Assembly: GCA_046351675.1 (NCBI GenBank)
Contig: JAXLYB010000002.1
Coordinates: 128,001 to 192,000 of the forward strand
Length of the DNA stretch: 64,000 bases
Reading direction: 5' to 3'
Source: Myxococcaceae bacterium
GTDB taxonomy: Bacteria; Myxococcota; Myxococcia; Myxococcales; Myxococcaceae
Below, one piece after another: positions 39,343 to 48,084 of the stretch (position 1 is its first letter; each line of letters starts with the position of its first letter). The notes beneath the pieces are model-generated. The model was not told the origin of the DNA. It did no database searches and saw only the letters and a program-made list of their open reading frames with translations. The translations under genes were made by a program, and so were the position numbers.

Positions 39343-39511
39343 CGATGCGCGTGACGTTCGCGGCGGCTGGCGCTGGCAGCGTCACACGCACGGTGCTCTC
39401 TCGATGCGCGTGACGTTCCCGGCGGCCAGCGCTGGCAACGTCACACGCACGGTGCTCTCGATGCGCGTGACGTTCCCGGCGGCCAGCGCTGGCAACGTCA
39501 CACGCACGGCG
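39343..39511. repeat. Three tandem ~57-bp direct repeats, each containing an inverted repeat (GTGACGTT...AACGTCAC)
   Basis: Units begin at 39343, 39403 and 39460 (gatgcgcgtgacgttcccggcggccagcgctggcaacgtcacacgcacggtgctctc). Copies 2 and 3 are identical for ~55 bp and copy 1 differs at 3 positions. The array abuts the stop codon of the 1058-aa gene. Confidence 0.6.
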
Positions 39512-42500
39512 TCACAGCTCGACTTCCGTCACCCGCCCATGCTCATCGGCGATGCCCAGCCGATCGTGCGCCAGCTCCCGCAGCGTGACCTGCCGCGTCC
39601 CCGCCAGCCGCGCCACCAACCGCATCGGCGCTTCGCTCGCCAGCGACGCAATCAGTGACGGCGACCAATCGACCACCGACACCTCGGTGCTCCCGTTCAC
39701 CACCCGCGCCAGCACCAACCCCGCATCCATCGGGAGCTGCTGCCACCCACTCGCGTCCAACACCCGCTCGCGCACCGTCGTCGCACCCGAGCGCGGCAGG
39801 ATCTTCAACGTCAGGGTCAGCCGCGCGTCGTCGCGCACCTTGAACGACCACGTCACGAGATCACCGCTGCGCCACCACGCGAAGTCCGACGGGTCGAGCC
39901 GTCGCTCGAGGGTCTGCGCGCCGACCTCGAACACGATGCGCCGCGACTCGTTCTGCGCCAGCTCGGTGCCGAGCGCCGAGACGAACCGCCCCTGGGCGTC
40001 GAGGTCACGCGCGTTGAACTGCGGCACGCGCCACCACTCCATCGCGGCGGGCGTCGCCGGGTCGAGCAGCACCAGCGAGCGTTCCATGCCGACCGCCCAG
40101 CACAGGCCGTCGAAGCGCCGCGAGAACGCGTCGATGCCCGCCTGGAACCAGCTGTCGATGCCGAAGTGCAGCGGATCGAGCCGCCACACCCGCGTGAGCG
40201 CGCCGTCGAGCGAGAGCACCAGCACGCGCGACCCGAGCGGCCCCACCACCAGCGCATCGGCCTTCACGAGGTGGTGCTTGAGCGTCTGCCCCGAGGGAGA
40301 CACCACCTTGAGCCCCGCCGCCCCGAGCGCCAGCACGCGACGGCCCTTCGGCAGCGGCGCGACGTCGAACACCCGCAGCTGCGACGCGATGGGCGCGGGC
40401 ACTTCGAGCGGCTGCCGCTCTCGCGCAGGCCGCGGCGGCGCGTTCGGCACTGCGTCGGCGACGAGCACGCGGTCGTTGGTCGACTTGAGCACTTCCTGCA
40501 CGAGGTATCGGTCGACGGGCCGGCCATCGCTCGCGTCGCGCATCAGCTCGCGCCACAGGTCGCGGTGAATCGGCCCCGTCGCCGCGGGCGCGTGCTTGAG
40601 CAACGACTGCGCGGCGAGCGGCAGGAGCGCGCGGTCTTGCTCGATGACCTCCCGCAGGCGCACGCGCGCGTCGTCGAGGTGCTCGGGGTTCCGACGCAGG
40701 TCGGTCGCGAGCGCGGTCACCGCCGCGGCGCCGCCGACCTCCAGCGCCTGGTCGCGCCAGCTCGCCCATTGCTCAGGCGCCTCGCCCAGCGGCGCGGTGG
40801 CGAGCAGCGCCTCCGCCCAGCGCTGGCGCTGCGCGAGGTAGTCGCCCCAGATGACGCGCAGCCGCGTGGCGACCTCGTCGGACCGGGGCGTCAGCGCGGT
40901 GATCAACGCCTCGAAGTCGTGGCTCCCGCGCACCAGCCGCAGCGCCTCGTCGGTGCGGCCAGCGAGCAGCCACAACCGAATGCGCTCGGTGTCGGACAGG
41001 TGCTGCGCGGTGGCGACCTGCGCGGCGAGCTCAAAGCGGCCGTGCTTTTCGAGCAGCGCCACCGCGGCCGTCGCGTCGTGGAGCAGCTTCGCGAGCACGA
41101 ACGCCGCCTCGTCGATCTGCCCGCGCGCGATGAGCGCGTCGGCGGTCTCGCGGTAGAACTTCCGCATCGCCTCGAACTCGCCGTCGGGCACGATGACCGC
41201 GGCGCCACCACGCGTCGGCGGCGTCAGCAGCGAGAGCGAATCGCGGCGAAACGGCGTGATGCCCGTGGTGGTGCGCACCGGACCAACGCCCCCGTTCGCG
41301 AGCGGCACCGCGCGGCGGAGCGCTTCACCGAGGTTTTCCTCGAAGGCGCGCCGCAGCTCGTCGAAGTAGCGGTCGGGCCGCTGCGCCGGGGGACGCGAAG
41401 CGCTCGCGGTGTCGCCGCCACGGAACCAACGGCCGAGCGACGCGAAGAACCCACCTTCGCCCGCCGCGACGGGAGGAACGGGCGGAACGATTCCCCCCGA
41501 GCCACGCGCGCCGTTGCCGCGGAACCAGCGACTGAAGGACGAGAGGAAGCCGCGTCCGCCCGGAGTGACTGGAGGGGCAGGAGGAACGACGGGAGGCAAA
41601 GCGAGACGCGAGGTCCGCTGCGTGCGCCGTGTGCCGTCGCCGCCGAGCCACGCGCGGAGACGTGACCAGAGTCCCGGACTGCGCGGTCGCGCGTCGTCTT
41701 CAACCGGCCGGCGAGCGAGCGGGCCGGGCGGTGGAGGTTGTTCGTCAGCTGCGGGCGGACGCGGCGCGCCGCCAAGCCACGCGCGGAGACGCGACCAGAG
41801 TCCTGGGCCGCGCGGTGGCGCGTCGTCTTCAACCGGTGCGAGCGGGCGCTGTTCGTCAGCTGCGGGCGGCGGGAGCGCGGTCGGCTGTTGCGCACCGCCG
41901 AGCCACGCACGGAGACGCGACCAGAGACCCGCGTCACGAGGTGGTGGAGCCGCGGGTGGGTCTTGCTCTTCGACGGGCGGAGGGAGCGCGGGAGGTGCTC
42001 CACCACCGAGCCACGCGCGAAGCCGAGCCCACATTCCCGGGGGAGTAGGAGACTGATCAGCACCATCGACACCCGGCTCGACCGGCAGCGCGTTCTGCTC
42101 GGGGCCGCGACGATTCGCCCACCACTGCGCGAGCCGCTCGCGCCACGTCGGCGGGGGCGGCGGTTCCGGCACCGGAGGCGGCGCTGGCGGACGACCCTGC
42201 GCGGCGAGTTGCTCGAGCAGCGGCGCGAAGAGTTCGTCGAGTGACTGACGCGCTGGCGCGGGCGCGGGTGGCGCGACGGGGCGAGGCGGGGGCTCGAGCG
42301 TCGCGACCTGCTCCACCCGTGGCGTGGGCAGTGAGAGCAGTGTCGAGGGGTGCACCGCGAGCGTCGCTGAGAACGTGACGGTGCGGAGAGTTCCCGCAAT
42401 GAGATCGACCAACGCGTCGCGTGGCACGTCGGCGAGCGCCGCCGGATCGAGCGCCGTCGTCAGCCAGCGCCCGTCGAACTGCACCACGGGCAGGCCCGGC

Positions 42501-42688
42501 GCTTCCCGCGAATCGACGCGCCGCCCGCGCAGGCCGACGAGGTACCAGCGCGTCCCGTCGCGGAAGAGGCGCGCGCCGTCGGTCCACGAGGCGAGTACGC
42601 GCTCGACCACGCGTGCGCGGCCCACCAGCGCCTCGTCGAACACGAAGCCGCTTGCGTGCACCGAGCCGAAGAAGGGCTGCGCGCTCAT
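39512..42688 (-). CDS. 1058-aa hypothetical protein with Pro-rich tandem peptide repeats (GLWSRLRAWLGG motif x5) and helical plus beta-rich C-terminal domains
   Basis: Last gene of the MoxR operon. Four to five repeats of ~40 aa (PPRDAGLWSRLRAWLGGAQQP...). High GC3 throughout. Alternative-frame ORFs inside it were discarded. Confidence 0.6.
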   Translation of the reverse strand: MSAQPFFGSVHASGFVFDEALVGRARVVERVLASWTDGARLFRDGTRWYLVGLRGRRVDSREAPGLPVVQFDGRWLTTALDPAALADVPRDALVDLIAGTLRTVTFSATLAVHPSTLLSLPTPRVEQVATLEPPPRPVAPPAPAPARQSLDELFAPLLEQLAAQGRPPAPPPVPEPPPPPTWRERLAQWWANRRGPEQNALPVEPGVDGADQSPTPPGMWARLRAWLGGGAPPALPPPVEEQDPPAAPPPRDAGLWSRLRAWLGGAQQPTALPPPAADEQRPLAPVEDDAPPRGPGLWSRLRAWLGGAPRPPAADEQPPPPGPLARRPVEDDARPRSPGLWSRLRAWLGGDGTRRTQRTSRLALPPVVPPAPPVTPGGRGFLSSFSRWFRGNGARGSGGIVPPVPPVAAGEGGFFASLGRWFRGGDTASASRPPAQRPDRYFDELRRAFEENLGEALRRAVPLANGGVGPVRTTTGITPFRRDSLSLLTPPTRGGAAVIVPDGEFEAMRKFYRETADALIARGQIDEAAFVLAKLLHDATAAVALLEKHGRFELAAQVATAQHLSDTERIRLWLLAGRTDEALRLVRGSHDFEALITALTPRSDEVATRLRVIWGDYLAQRQRWAEALLATAPLGEAPEQWASWRDQALEVGGAAAVTALATDLRRNPEHLDDARVRLREVIEQDRALLPLAAQSLLKHAPAATGPIHRDLWRELMRDASDGRPVDRYLVQEVLKSTNDRVLVADAVPNAPPRPARERQPLEVPAPIASQLRVFDVAPLPKGRRVLALGAAGLKVVSPSGQTLKHHLVKADALVVGPLGSRVLVLSLDGALTRVWRLDPLHFGIDSWFQAGIDAFSRRFDGLCWAVGMERSLVLLDPATPAAMEWWRVPQFNARDLDAQGRFVSALGTELAQNESRRIVFEVGAQTLERRLDPSDFAWWRSGDLVTWSFKVRDDARLTLTLKILPRSGATTVRERVLDASGWQQLPMDAGLVLARVVNGSTEVSVVDWSPSLIASLASEAPMRLVARLAGTRQVTLRELAHDRLGIADEHGRVTEVEL
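41640..42050 (-). repeat. ~120-bp tandem coding repeats (3-4 copies) underlying the GLWSRLRAWLGG peptide repeats
   Basis: gagccacgcgcggagacgcgaccagagtcc recurs near 41645, 41768, 41886 and 42010. Confidence 0.5.
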
Positions 42689-42712
42689 GTCGGCAGCCTC
42701 GTGGCGACGGTT

Positions 42713-42864
42713 TTCTTCTCACCCCGACCCTCTGCTCCTCGGGAGGAGAGGGAGACGCGCGCGTAGGCCGGCAGCCTCCTGCCGATGGCTTTCTCCTCAC
42801 CCCGACCCTCTCCTCCTCGCGAGGAGAGGGGGCCGCAACCCCGAGCCTCTCCTCCGCTCATGGC
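42713..42864. repeat. Two and a half tandem REP-like units in the 169-bp gap between the 589-aa and 1058-aa genes
   Basis: cggcagcctc..ggttttcttctcaccccgaccctctgctcctcgggaggagagggagac, then ccggcagcctcctgccgatggctttctcctcaccccgaccctctcctcctcgcgaggagagggggcc, then a partial ccccgagcctctcctcc. Confidence 0.6.
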
Positions 42865-44627
42865 AGCTCCTTCCCCGCATCGCGCACGTGGAGCCTCAGC
42901 ACGGTCTCCTTGCGCGTACGGCTGTGCACGCCAATCTCACCGTTCACATCGCGCCACGCGAAGACCTCGCCGTGCACCCATGCCGTCGCGACCTCGATCT
43001 GCGCGCGCGCCCGGGCCTCGATGATCCACTGCGGCGCGGTCTGCCCGGTGTCGAGCGAGCGAATCGTGCGCCCGTCCTTGCCGACCGCGATCACCGTCAC
43101 GCCATCGTTCTCACTGTTGGGCCACAGCGTCGCGCACACCGCGACGGGACTCGCGCCGTCGAAGACCTGCGCCGGCAGCGTGCGCACCCGCACCGCCTGG
43201 TGGCCGGCCAGCATCTCGACGCGGCCCGGGTAGGTGCACATCGCCAGCACGCCCAGCCGATTCGACCACCCGAGCACCGCGTGCAGCGGCAGCTCGTTCA
43301 AGTAGAGCTGGCGCACGAGGCCGCGCTTCACCACCTGGCTGCCGCCGAGTCCGAGCCCGACCACGCCATCACCCAGCTGCGTCGCCCAGTGCAGCGAGCC
43401 GTCGACCGCGCGGAGCGAGCGCGCGTCGTAGAACTTCCGCTCGAACACCCAGCCCGCCTCGAGCGGCCACGCCGAGAGGAAGAGCTGATCAGCCGTCGGC
43501 ATCGGCGCCGACGCCGAGACGCGCCCGCCGAGGTGCCCATCCCAATCGCTCGCGAAGACCGCGCCGTCTTGCCACGCGAGCGTCACGCCCCTCGCGCGCT
43601 TGCTCGACCACGCCGCCGAGACGAGGCGCGCACCCGCGGGGAGGTTCGCGACCGACGGCCAGCCGAAGCCCGCGCGCGCCGTGTTGCGCAGCGGAATCGC
43701 CACCACCGAACCCGATTCGGTGCGCGCGAGCAGCCGGTGGCCGTCTTGCGAGAAGGCGAGCTCGGTGTGGGGCGCGAGCGGAATCGGCGAGCCCTGCTTT
43801 CGGCGGTGCGTCGGGTTGACCTTCGGGCGCGTCCACCCGAACGGGTCGCGCAGCACGCGCAGCTGCGTCGCCTCGTCGGGCAGCGCGAGCTCGAGCGTGC
43901 GCGGTCGCGCCTGGCGCGCGGTCGTCAGCGACAGCTTCAGCGCCCCGGTCGTGTCGGCGTCGTCGACCACCAGCATGCTCCAGCGCCGCGGCGTCACGAG
44001 CGGGGCGAGGTGCGCGCTGCCCACCACCAGCACGTCGCGCTCGACGCCGTCGTCGACCCAGGCGTCACGCCAGCGATCGAGCAGCGCCGCGGTCGGCACG
44101 TGCGGGTTGCGCGAGTCGAGCCACGCCTGCACCGACGCCTGCGTGAGCGCCTCGTGCGGCGGGAGCTCGAACATCCACAGCGGCGCCCAGCGCAGCCGCA
44201 CGCCCGCCTCTCGCGCGCGACGGGCGAAGGCGACGAGGGCCGCGAGCTGCGCGATGCGCGGTGCGCCCTGCTGTGCGGGGCCGGTGTCGAGCAGCAGCCA
44301 TGCTTCGAGCGCGACCTTCGGGGAACGGCGTTCGAGCTCGACGAAGAGCTGCTCGCCCGAGGTCGCGCGGCGAATGAACTCGTCGGGGGCCTCGAGCTGG
44401 AGCGCCCACTCCGACGCGAGCAGGCGTTCCCACGGGCCGCGGCGGCCGAGGCCCGAGTAGCCGTGCGGGTCGTCGGCGTGCGTCTCGTCGCGCACCTTGA
44501 GCGGACCGAGGATGTTCTGGAGCCGCTCGGCGAGCGGGGCGAGCGCGCCGAGCAGCTCGCGCGCGAACAGGCGGAGCTCGGGTTCCCACGCGTCGAGGTG
44601 CCGTGGCCAGGGCGCGAGTTCACTCAT
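42858..44627 (-). CDS. 589-aa hypothetical protein (third gene of MoxR operon), beta-rich C-terminal half
   Basis: ATG at 44627 (MSELAPWPRHLDAW). The first ~110 codons of ORF 42858-44969 are Arg-rich, include the REP element, and were discarded. Confidence 0.5.
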   Translation of the reverse strand: MSELAPWPRHLDAWEPELRLFARELLGALAPLAERLQNILGPLKVRDETHADDPHGYSGLGRRGPWERLLASEWALQLEAPDEFIRRATSGEQLFVELERRSPKVALEAWLLLDTGPAQQGAPRIAQLAALVAFARRAREAGVRLRWAPLWMFELPPHEALTQASVQAWLDSRNPHVPTAALLDRWRDAWVDDGVERDVLVVGSAHLAPLVTPRRWSMLVVDDADTTGALKLSLTTARQARPRTLELALPDEATQLRVLRDPFGWTRPKVNPTHRRKQGSPIPLAPHTELAFSQDGHRLLARTESGSVVAIPLRNTARAGFGWPSVANLPAGARLVSAAWSSKRARGVTLAWQDGAVFASDWDGHLGGRVSASAPMPTADQLFLSAWPLEAGWVFERKFYDARSLRAVDGSLHWATQLGDGVVGLGLGGSQVVKRGLVRQLYLNELPLHAVLGWSNRLGVLAMCTYPGRVEMLAGHQAVRVRTLPAQVFDGASPVAVCATLWPNSENDGVTVIAVGKDGRTIRSLDTGQTAPQWIIEARARAQIEVATAWVHGEVFAWRDVNGEIGVHSRTRKETVLRLHVRDAGKELP

Positions 44628-45129
44628 GGGCAACTCCCTCTCCTCCCGAGGAGCTCCCGAGGAGGAGAGGGTTGGGGTGAGGAGGAGAACCCCTCGGCGC
44701 CAGGGAGTTCCTGGCCCACGCCTCGAGACGAATCGGATCGATCGGCCCCGCTCTGCCGACCGGCAACAGCACCGGCACCCCACCGACGTCTCGCACCACG
44801 CACGGCCAGTCGACACCGGGCTGCGACGACCGCCACGCATGCTCGAGCCACGACGCCGGCACCGACAGCGCGCCCCGCATCGCCTGCTGCGCGGTGGGCA
44901 CCAGCAGCCACGGCGCGTCCGGCTCCCGACCGAAGTACTGCGCGCCGTCGACCCACGGCAGCTCGTCACCCGTCAAGGCGAGCACGTTCCCCGCGACGAC
45001 GCCGCGCAGCTGCGCGAGCCGCGGACTCCCGGCGAGCCGGCGCGCCAACGCCCGGGCCGCCTCGCCCTCGACCACCACGTATTCCGGCTGGAGCGTGGGC
45101 CAACGCGGCGCCCAGTGCAGCTCGTCCAT
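44620..45129 (-). CDS. 170-aa hypothetical protein (second gene of MoxR operon); its C-terminus reads through the REP element
   Basis: MDELHWAPRWPTL... A GGAG Shine-Dalgarno lies 8 bp upstream. Start is 23 bp after the MoxR stop. The C-terminal residues PRGSPPHPNPLLLGSSSGGEG are encoded by the hairpin repeat, so the true stop is uncertain. Confidence 0.35.
   Translation of the reverse strand: MDELHWAPRWPTLQPEYVVVEGEAARALARRLAGSPRLAQLRGVVAGNVLALTGDELPWVDGAQYFGREPDAPWLLVPTAQQAMRGALSVPASWLEHAWRSSQPGVDWPCVVRDVGGVPVLLPVGRAGPIDPIRLEAWARNSLAPRGSPPHPNPLLLGSSSGGEGVAHE
44631..44695. repeat. REP-like unit in inverted orientation at the junction between the small ORF and the 589-aa gene
   Basis: ccctctcctcccgaggagctcccgaggaggagagggttggggtgaggaggagaa is the reverse complement of the 42790 unit. 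Confidence 0.55.
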
Positions 45130-45151
45130 CACGACTCCACGGTGAGGCTGA

Positions 45152-46252
45152 TCAGGCCAGCGCGTCGACGATGAGCGCGCGGCGACTCTTGAGGCTGTCG
45201 GGCAACGTGTCGCTCGAGAACGCCGCGTCGATGTCGCGCGCCACGCCCTCGAGCTGCAGGCGCCACCGGTCGTCGCGCACCTCGGCGACGAGCAACTGCG
45301 CCGCGCGGTCATCGAGCAGCTTCGCGCGCGCCGCGCGTCCCTGGGTCGCCTCGAGCGCCGCGCCCGGCGTCGCGTCGTTGGCCGCCCCTTCGAGCTGCTG
45401 CTTGAGCACCGTGCGCGCCAACGCCTGCTGCTCCGCGGTCGGCAACGCGAAGACCAGCGGCCAGAGGTCCTCGGCCTCGGCACGGGAACGCCCCGCGAGG
45501 GTCGCCGCGGCGGCGATGAGGCGCTGCACGCGCACCAGGCGCCGGTCGGTCAGCTCCACGCCGGCCTGCCGCAGCAACCGCACGCACTGCGCGTAGAGCG
45601 GGCGAATGCCCGAGAGATCAGCGCCGTCGGCCGCGCGCGCGAGCACGTCGAGGTCGTCGATCGACGCCACCGCCACCGGCCGCTTCGGCCGCGCGCCGAG
45701 CAGGTCTTCGAGCAGCGCGTCGGGGAGCGGCTCGACGAAGGTGCGCAGCAAGAAGCGGTCGGCGAAGGCCGCGAGCGCGTCTTCGGTGGGCAGCGCGTTC
45801 GACGCGCCGACGCACACCCGCAGCGGCACCTGGAGTTGCGACTTGCCGCGCCGAAACGTGCGCTCGTTGAGCAACCCCAGCAGCGTGTTGAGGATCGCCG
45901 ACGAGCCGAGGAACACCTCGTCGAGGAAGGCGATGTCGGCCTCGGGCAGCATGCCGCCGACCTCGGTCTCCACCACGCCCTCGCGCAGCTTGCGCAGGTC
46001 GACCGGCCCGAAGATTTCAGACGGCTCGGTGAAGCGGCCGAGCAGGTACTCGAAGTACCGCGCCTCGAAGACCTGCGCCGCGCGCCGCGCCGCGAGCGAC
46101 TTGGCGGTGCCGGGCGGGCCGATGATCAGCAGGTGCTCCTCGGCGACCGCGGCCAGCAACACCAACTCGACCAGCACGTCGCGCGCGACGAGCCCGTCCC
46201 TCGCGGCCGCCAACGCCTGACGCACCCGACCCAGTGCCGTGCTCTCCGTCAT
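45152..46252 (-). CDS. MoxR/RavA-like AAA+ ATPase
   Basis: Walker A IIGPPGTAKS, Walker B IAFLDEV, sensor/Arg-finger region LNERTF...ASNALP. Start MTESTALGRV at 46252. The 41 upstream codons of the ORF are probably not coding. Confidence 0.75.
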   Translation of the reverse strand: MTESTALGRVRQALAAARDGLVARDVLVELVLLAAVAEEHLLIIGPPGTAKSLAARRAAQVFEARYFEYLLGRFTEPSEIFGPVDLRKLREGVVETEVGGMLPEADIAFLDEVFLGSSAILNTLLGLLNERTFRRGKSQLQVPLRVCVGASNALPTEDALAAFADRFLLRTFVEPLPDALLEDLLGARPKRPVAVASIDDLDVLARAADGADLSGIRPLYAQCVRLLRQAGVELTDRRLVRVQRLIAAAATLAGRSRAEAEDLWPLVFALPTAEQQALARTVLKQQLEGAANDATPGAALEATQGRAARAKLLDDRAAQLLVAEVRDDRWRLQLEGVARDIDAAFSSDTLPDSLKSRRALIVDALA

Positions 46253-46437
46253 GGTCGCCGGACTGTACTCGCGCCGCCCCCCTGACCACTGCCGTTCACA
46301 CTCTGGAGCGCGAGAGCACCACTGCGCTGTCGTGATCCCGGGCGACACCCGCGGGTGACGAAGGAAGATTCGAGTCAATCTGTGATGTTGGCGTCGCTGG
46401 CGTCGCGGCGTCAGCGTTGCAACACCGCGTCACTCCG

Positions 46438-48084
46438 ATGCCGAGGCTGACCCCACTCCTCCCCGTGCTGCTGGTGTTGAGCGCCTGTGAAGGCGCCATC
46501 GTCGGCGACCGCGCCGCGCCGCCCGACGCCCCGACGACGCCCCCCGTGGTCGAGCCCGAGCTGCCCGCGTTCGCGCCCGCGCCGCTGCGTCCGCGGCTGC
46601 TCCTCGGCGCGCAGTACCTCGCCGCCATCACCGACCTCCTTGGGCCCGAGGCCGCGCGCCCGGTGACGCCGCCGGCCGACGTGCCGGTGAACGGGCTGAC
46701 CGCCATCGGCGCCACGGTGCTCGAGGTCAGCTCGTCCGCGGTGACGCAGTACGAAGACAACGCGTACCTCGCCGCGACCGCCGCGCTCAACGCGCGCCGC
46801 GCGAGCCTCATCACCTGCACGCCGAGTTCGAGCACCGACGCCACGTGCATGCGCCAGGTCGCGACGCGCTTCGTGCCGCGCGCGTTCCGCCGCCCCGCGA
46901 CGACCGTCGAGCTCGACCGGTGGACGCAGGTCGGCCTCACCGCGGCGCAGGCGTACGACGACTTCGACCAGGGCGTGCTCTTTCTCTTCGCGGGGCTGCT
47001 GCAGTCGCCGGCGTTCCTCTACCTCGACGAGACCGGCGAGCCCGACCCCGCGGACGCGAGCCGCCGCCGCCTCACCTCGTACGAGCTGGCCAACCGCCTC
47101 GCGTTCTTCCTCACCGGCGCTCCGCCCGATGATCAACTGCGCGCAGCGGCCGCGGCTGATCAGCTCCACGACGAAGCCACGCTGCGCGCGCAGGCCACGC
47201 GCCTCCTGCAGAAGCCCGAGGCCCGCACCGCGATGACGGCGTTCTTCGACGAGCTGCTCGGGTTGCAGGGCCTCGACCACCTCGCGAAAGACACGGTGCG
47301 CTTCCCCGGCTTCGACGCGGTGACGCTCGGCCGCTCGATGAAGGAAGAGACGCGCCGCACGCTGCTCGACCTCGCCTTCGACGCGCCCGCCGACTTCCGC
47401 GACGTGCTGACGCGCCAGACCACCTTCGTCGACGGCCCGCTCTCGCGGCACTACGGGCTGACGCCGGTCACGCAGTGGTCGAAGGTCACGCTGCCCGCCG
47501 GGCGCGGCGGCCTGCTCACCCAGGGCGCGTTTCTCTCGCTGCAGTCGCACCCCTCAGCCAACTCGCCGACCTACCGCGGGCGCTTCATTCGCGAGACGCT
47601 GCTCTGCCAGACCGTGCCCGCGCCGCCGCCCGACGTGAACACCACCCTCCCCGCGCCGCCGGCCAACACCCAGCGCACGCTGCGCCAGAAGGTCGAGCTG
47701 CACATGAGCGTCACCGGCTGCAGCGGCTGCCACCAGCTGATGGATCCACCGGGCTTCGCGTTCGAGGGCTTCGACGCCACCGGCCACGCGCAGTCACTCG
47801 ACGACGGCTTGCCGGTCGACACCACGGGCACGTTCGAAGACAAGGGCAGCTTCTCCGACGCACCGGGCCTCGTCGCACTGCTCCACGACGACCCGCGCAT
47901 CGTCTCGTGCCTCGCGCGGCAGGCGTTCCGCCAGGGCACCGGTCACGTCGACCTGCCCACCGAGGCGCGCCCCCTGAAGAAGGCCACCGAAGGCTTCGCC
48001 GCCGCGGGCTACCGCTGGCAGGCGCTGCTGGTCGAGCTGGTCGTGTCCGACGCGTTCCGCACTGGCGCCCCGGAGGCCCCGTGA
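46438..48084 (+). CDS. DUF1592/DUF1588/DUF1585-family secreted protein (planctomycete-type PSD/PSCyt architecture)
   Basis: Lipobox LLVLSAC. Conserved heme-like motif VTGCSGCHQLMDPPGFAFEGFDATG. Confidence 0.7.
   Translation: MPRLTPLLPVLLVLSACEGAIVGDRAAPPDAPTTPPVVEPELPAFAPAPLRPRLLLGAQYLAAITDLLGPEAARPVTPPADVPVNGLTAIGATVLEVSSSAVTQYEDNAYLAATAALNARRASLITCTPSSSTDATCMRQVATRFVPRAFRRPATTVELDRWTQVGLTAAQAYDDFDQGVLFLFAGLLQSPAFLYLDETGEPDPADASRRRLTSYELANRLAFFLTGAPPDDQLRAAAAADQLHDEATLRAQATRLLQKPEARTAMTAFFDELLGLQGLDHLAKDTVRFPGFDAVTLGRSMKEETRRTLLDLAFDAPADFRDVLTRQTTFVDGPLSRHYGLTPVTQWSKVTLPAGRGGLLTQGAFLSLQSHPSANSPTYRGRFIRETLLCQTVPAPPPDVNTTLPAPPANTQRTLRQKVELHMSVTGCSGCHQLMDPPGFAFEGFDATGHAQSLDDGLPVDTTGTFEDKGSFSDAPGLVALLHDDPRIVSCLARQAFRQGTGHVDLPTEARPLKKATEGFAAAGYRWQALLVELVVSDAFRTGAPEAP

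Noticed and set aside
39343-39511. Possible CRISPR array.
   Set aside because: Only three units directly abut with no spacers. The units are 57 bp with an internal palindrome. No cas genes are nearby.
39155-39658. 167-aa ORF spanning the 57-bp tandem array.
   Set aside because: Its translation simply reiterates the DNA repeat (SMRVTFPAASAGNVTRT x2). The region is better explained as a non-coding repeat.
44640-44969. N-terminal 110 codons of ORF 42858-44969 and N-terminal Arg-rich third of ORF 44620-45483.
   Set aside because: They are Arg-rich, contain the REP element, and overlap the upstream gene. Better starts exist at 44627 and 45129 with Shine-Dalgarno context.
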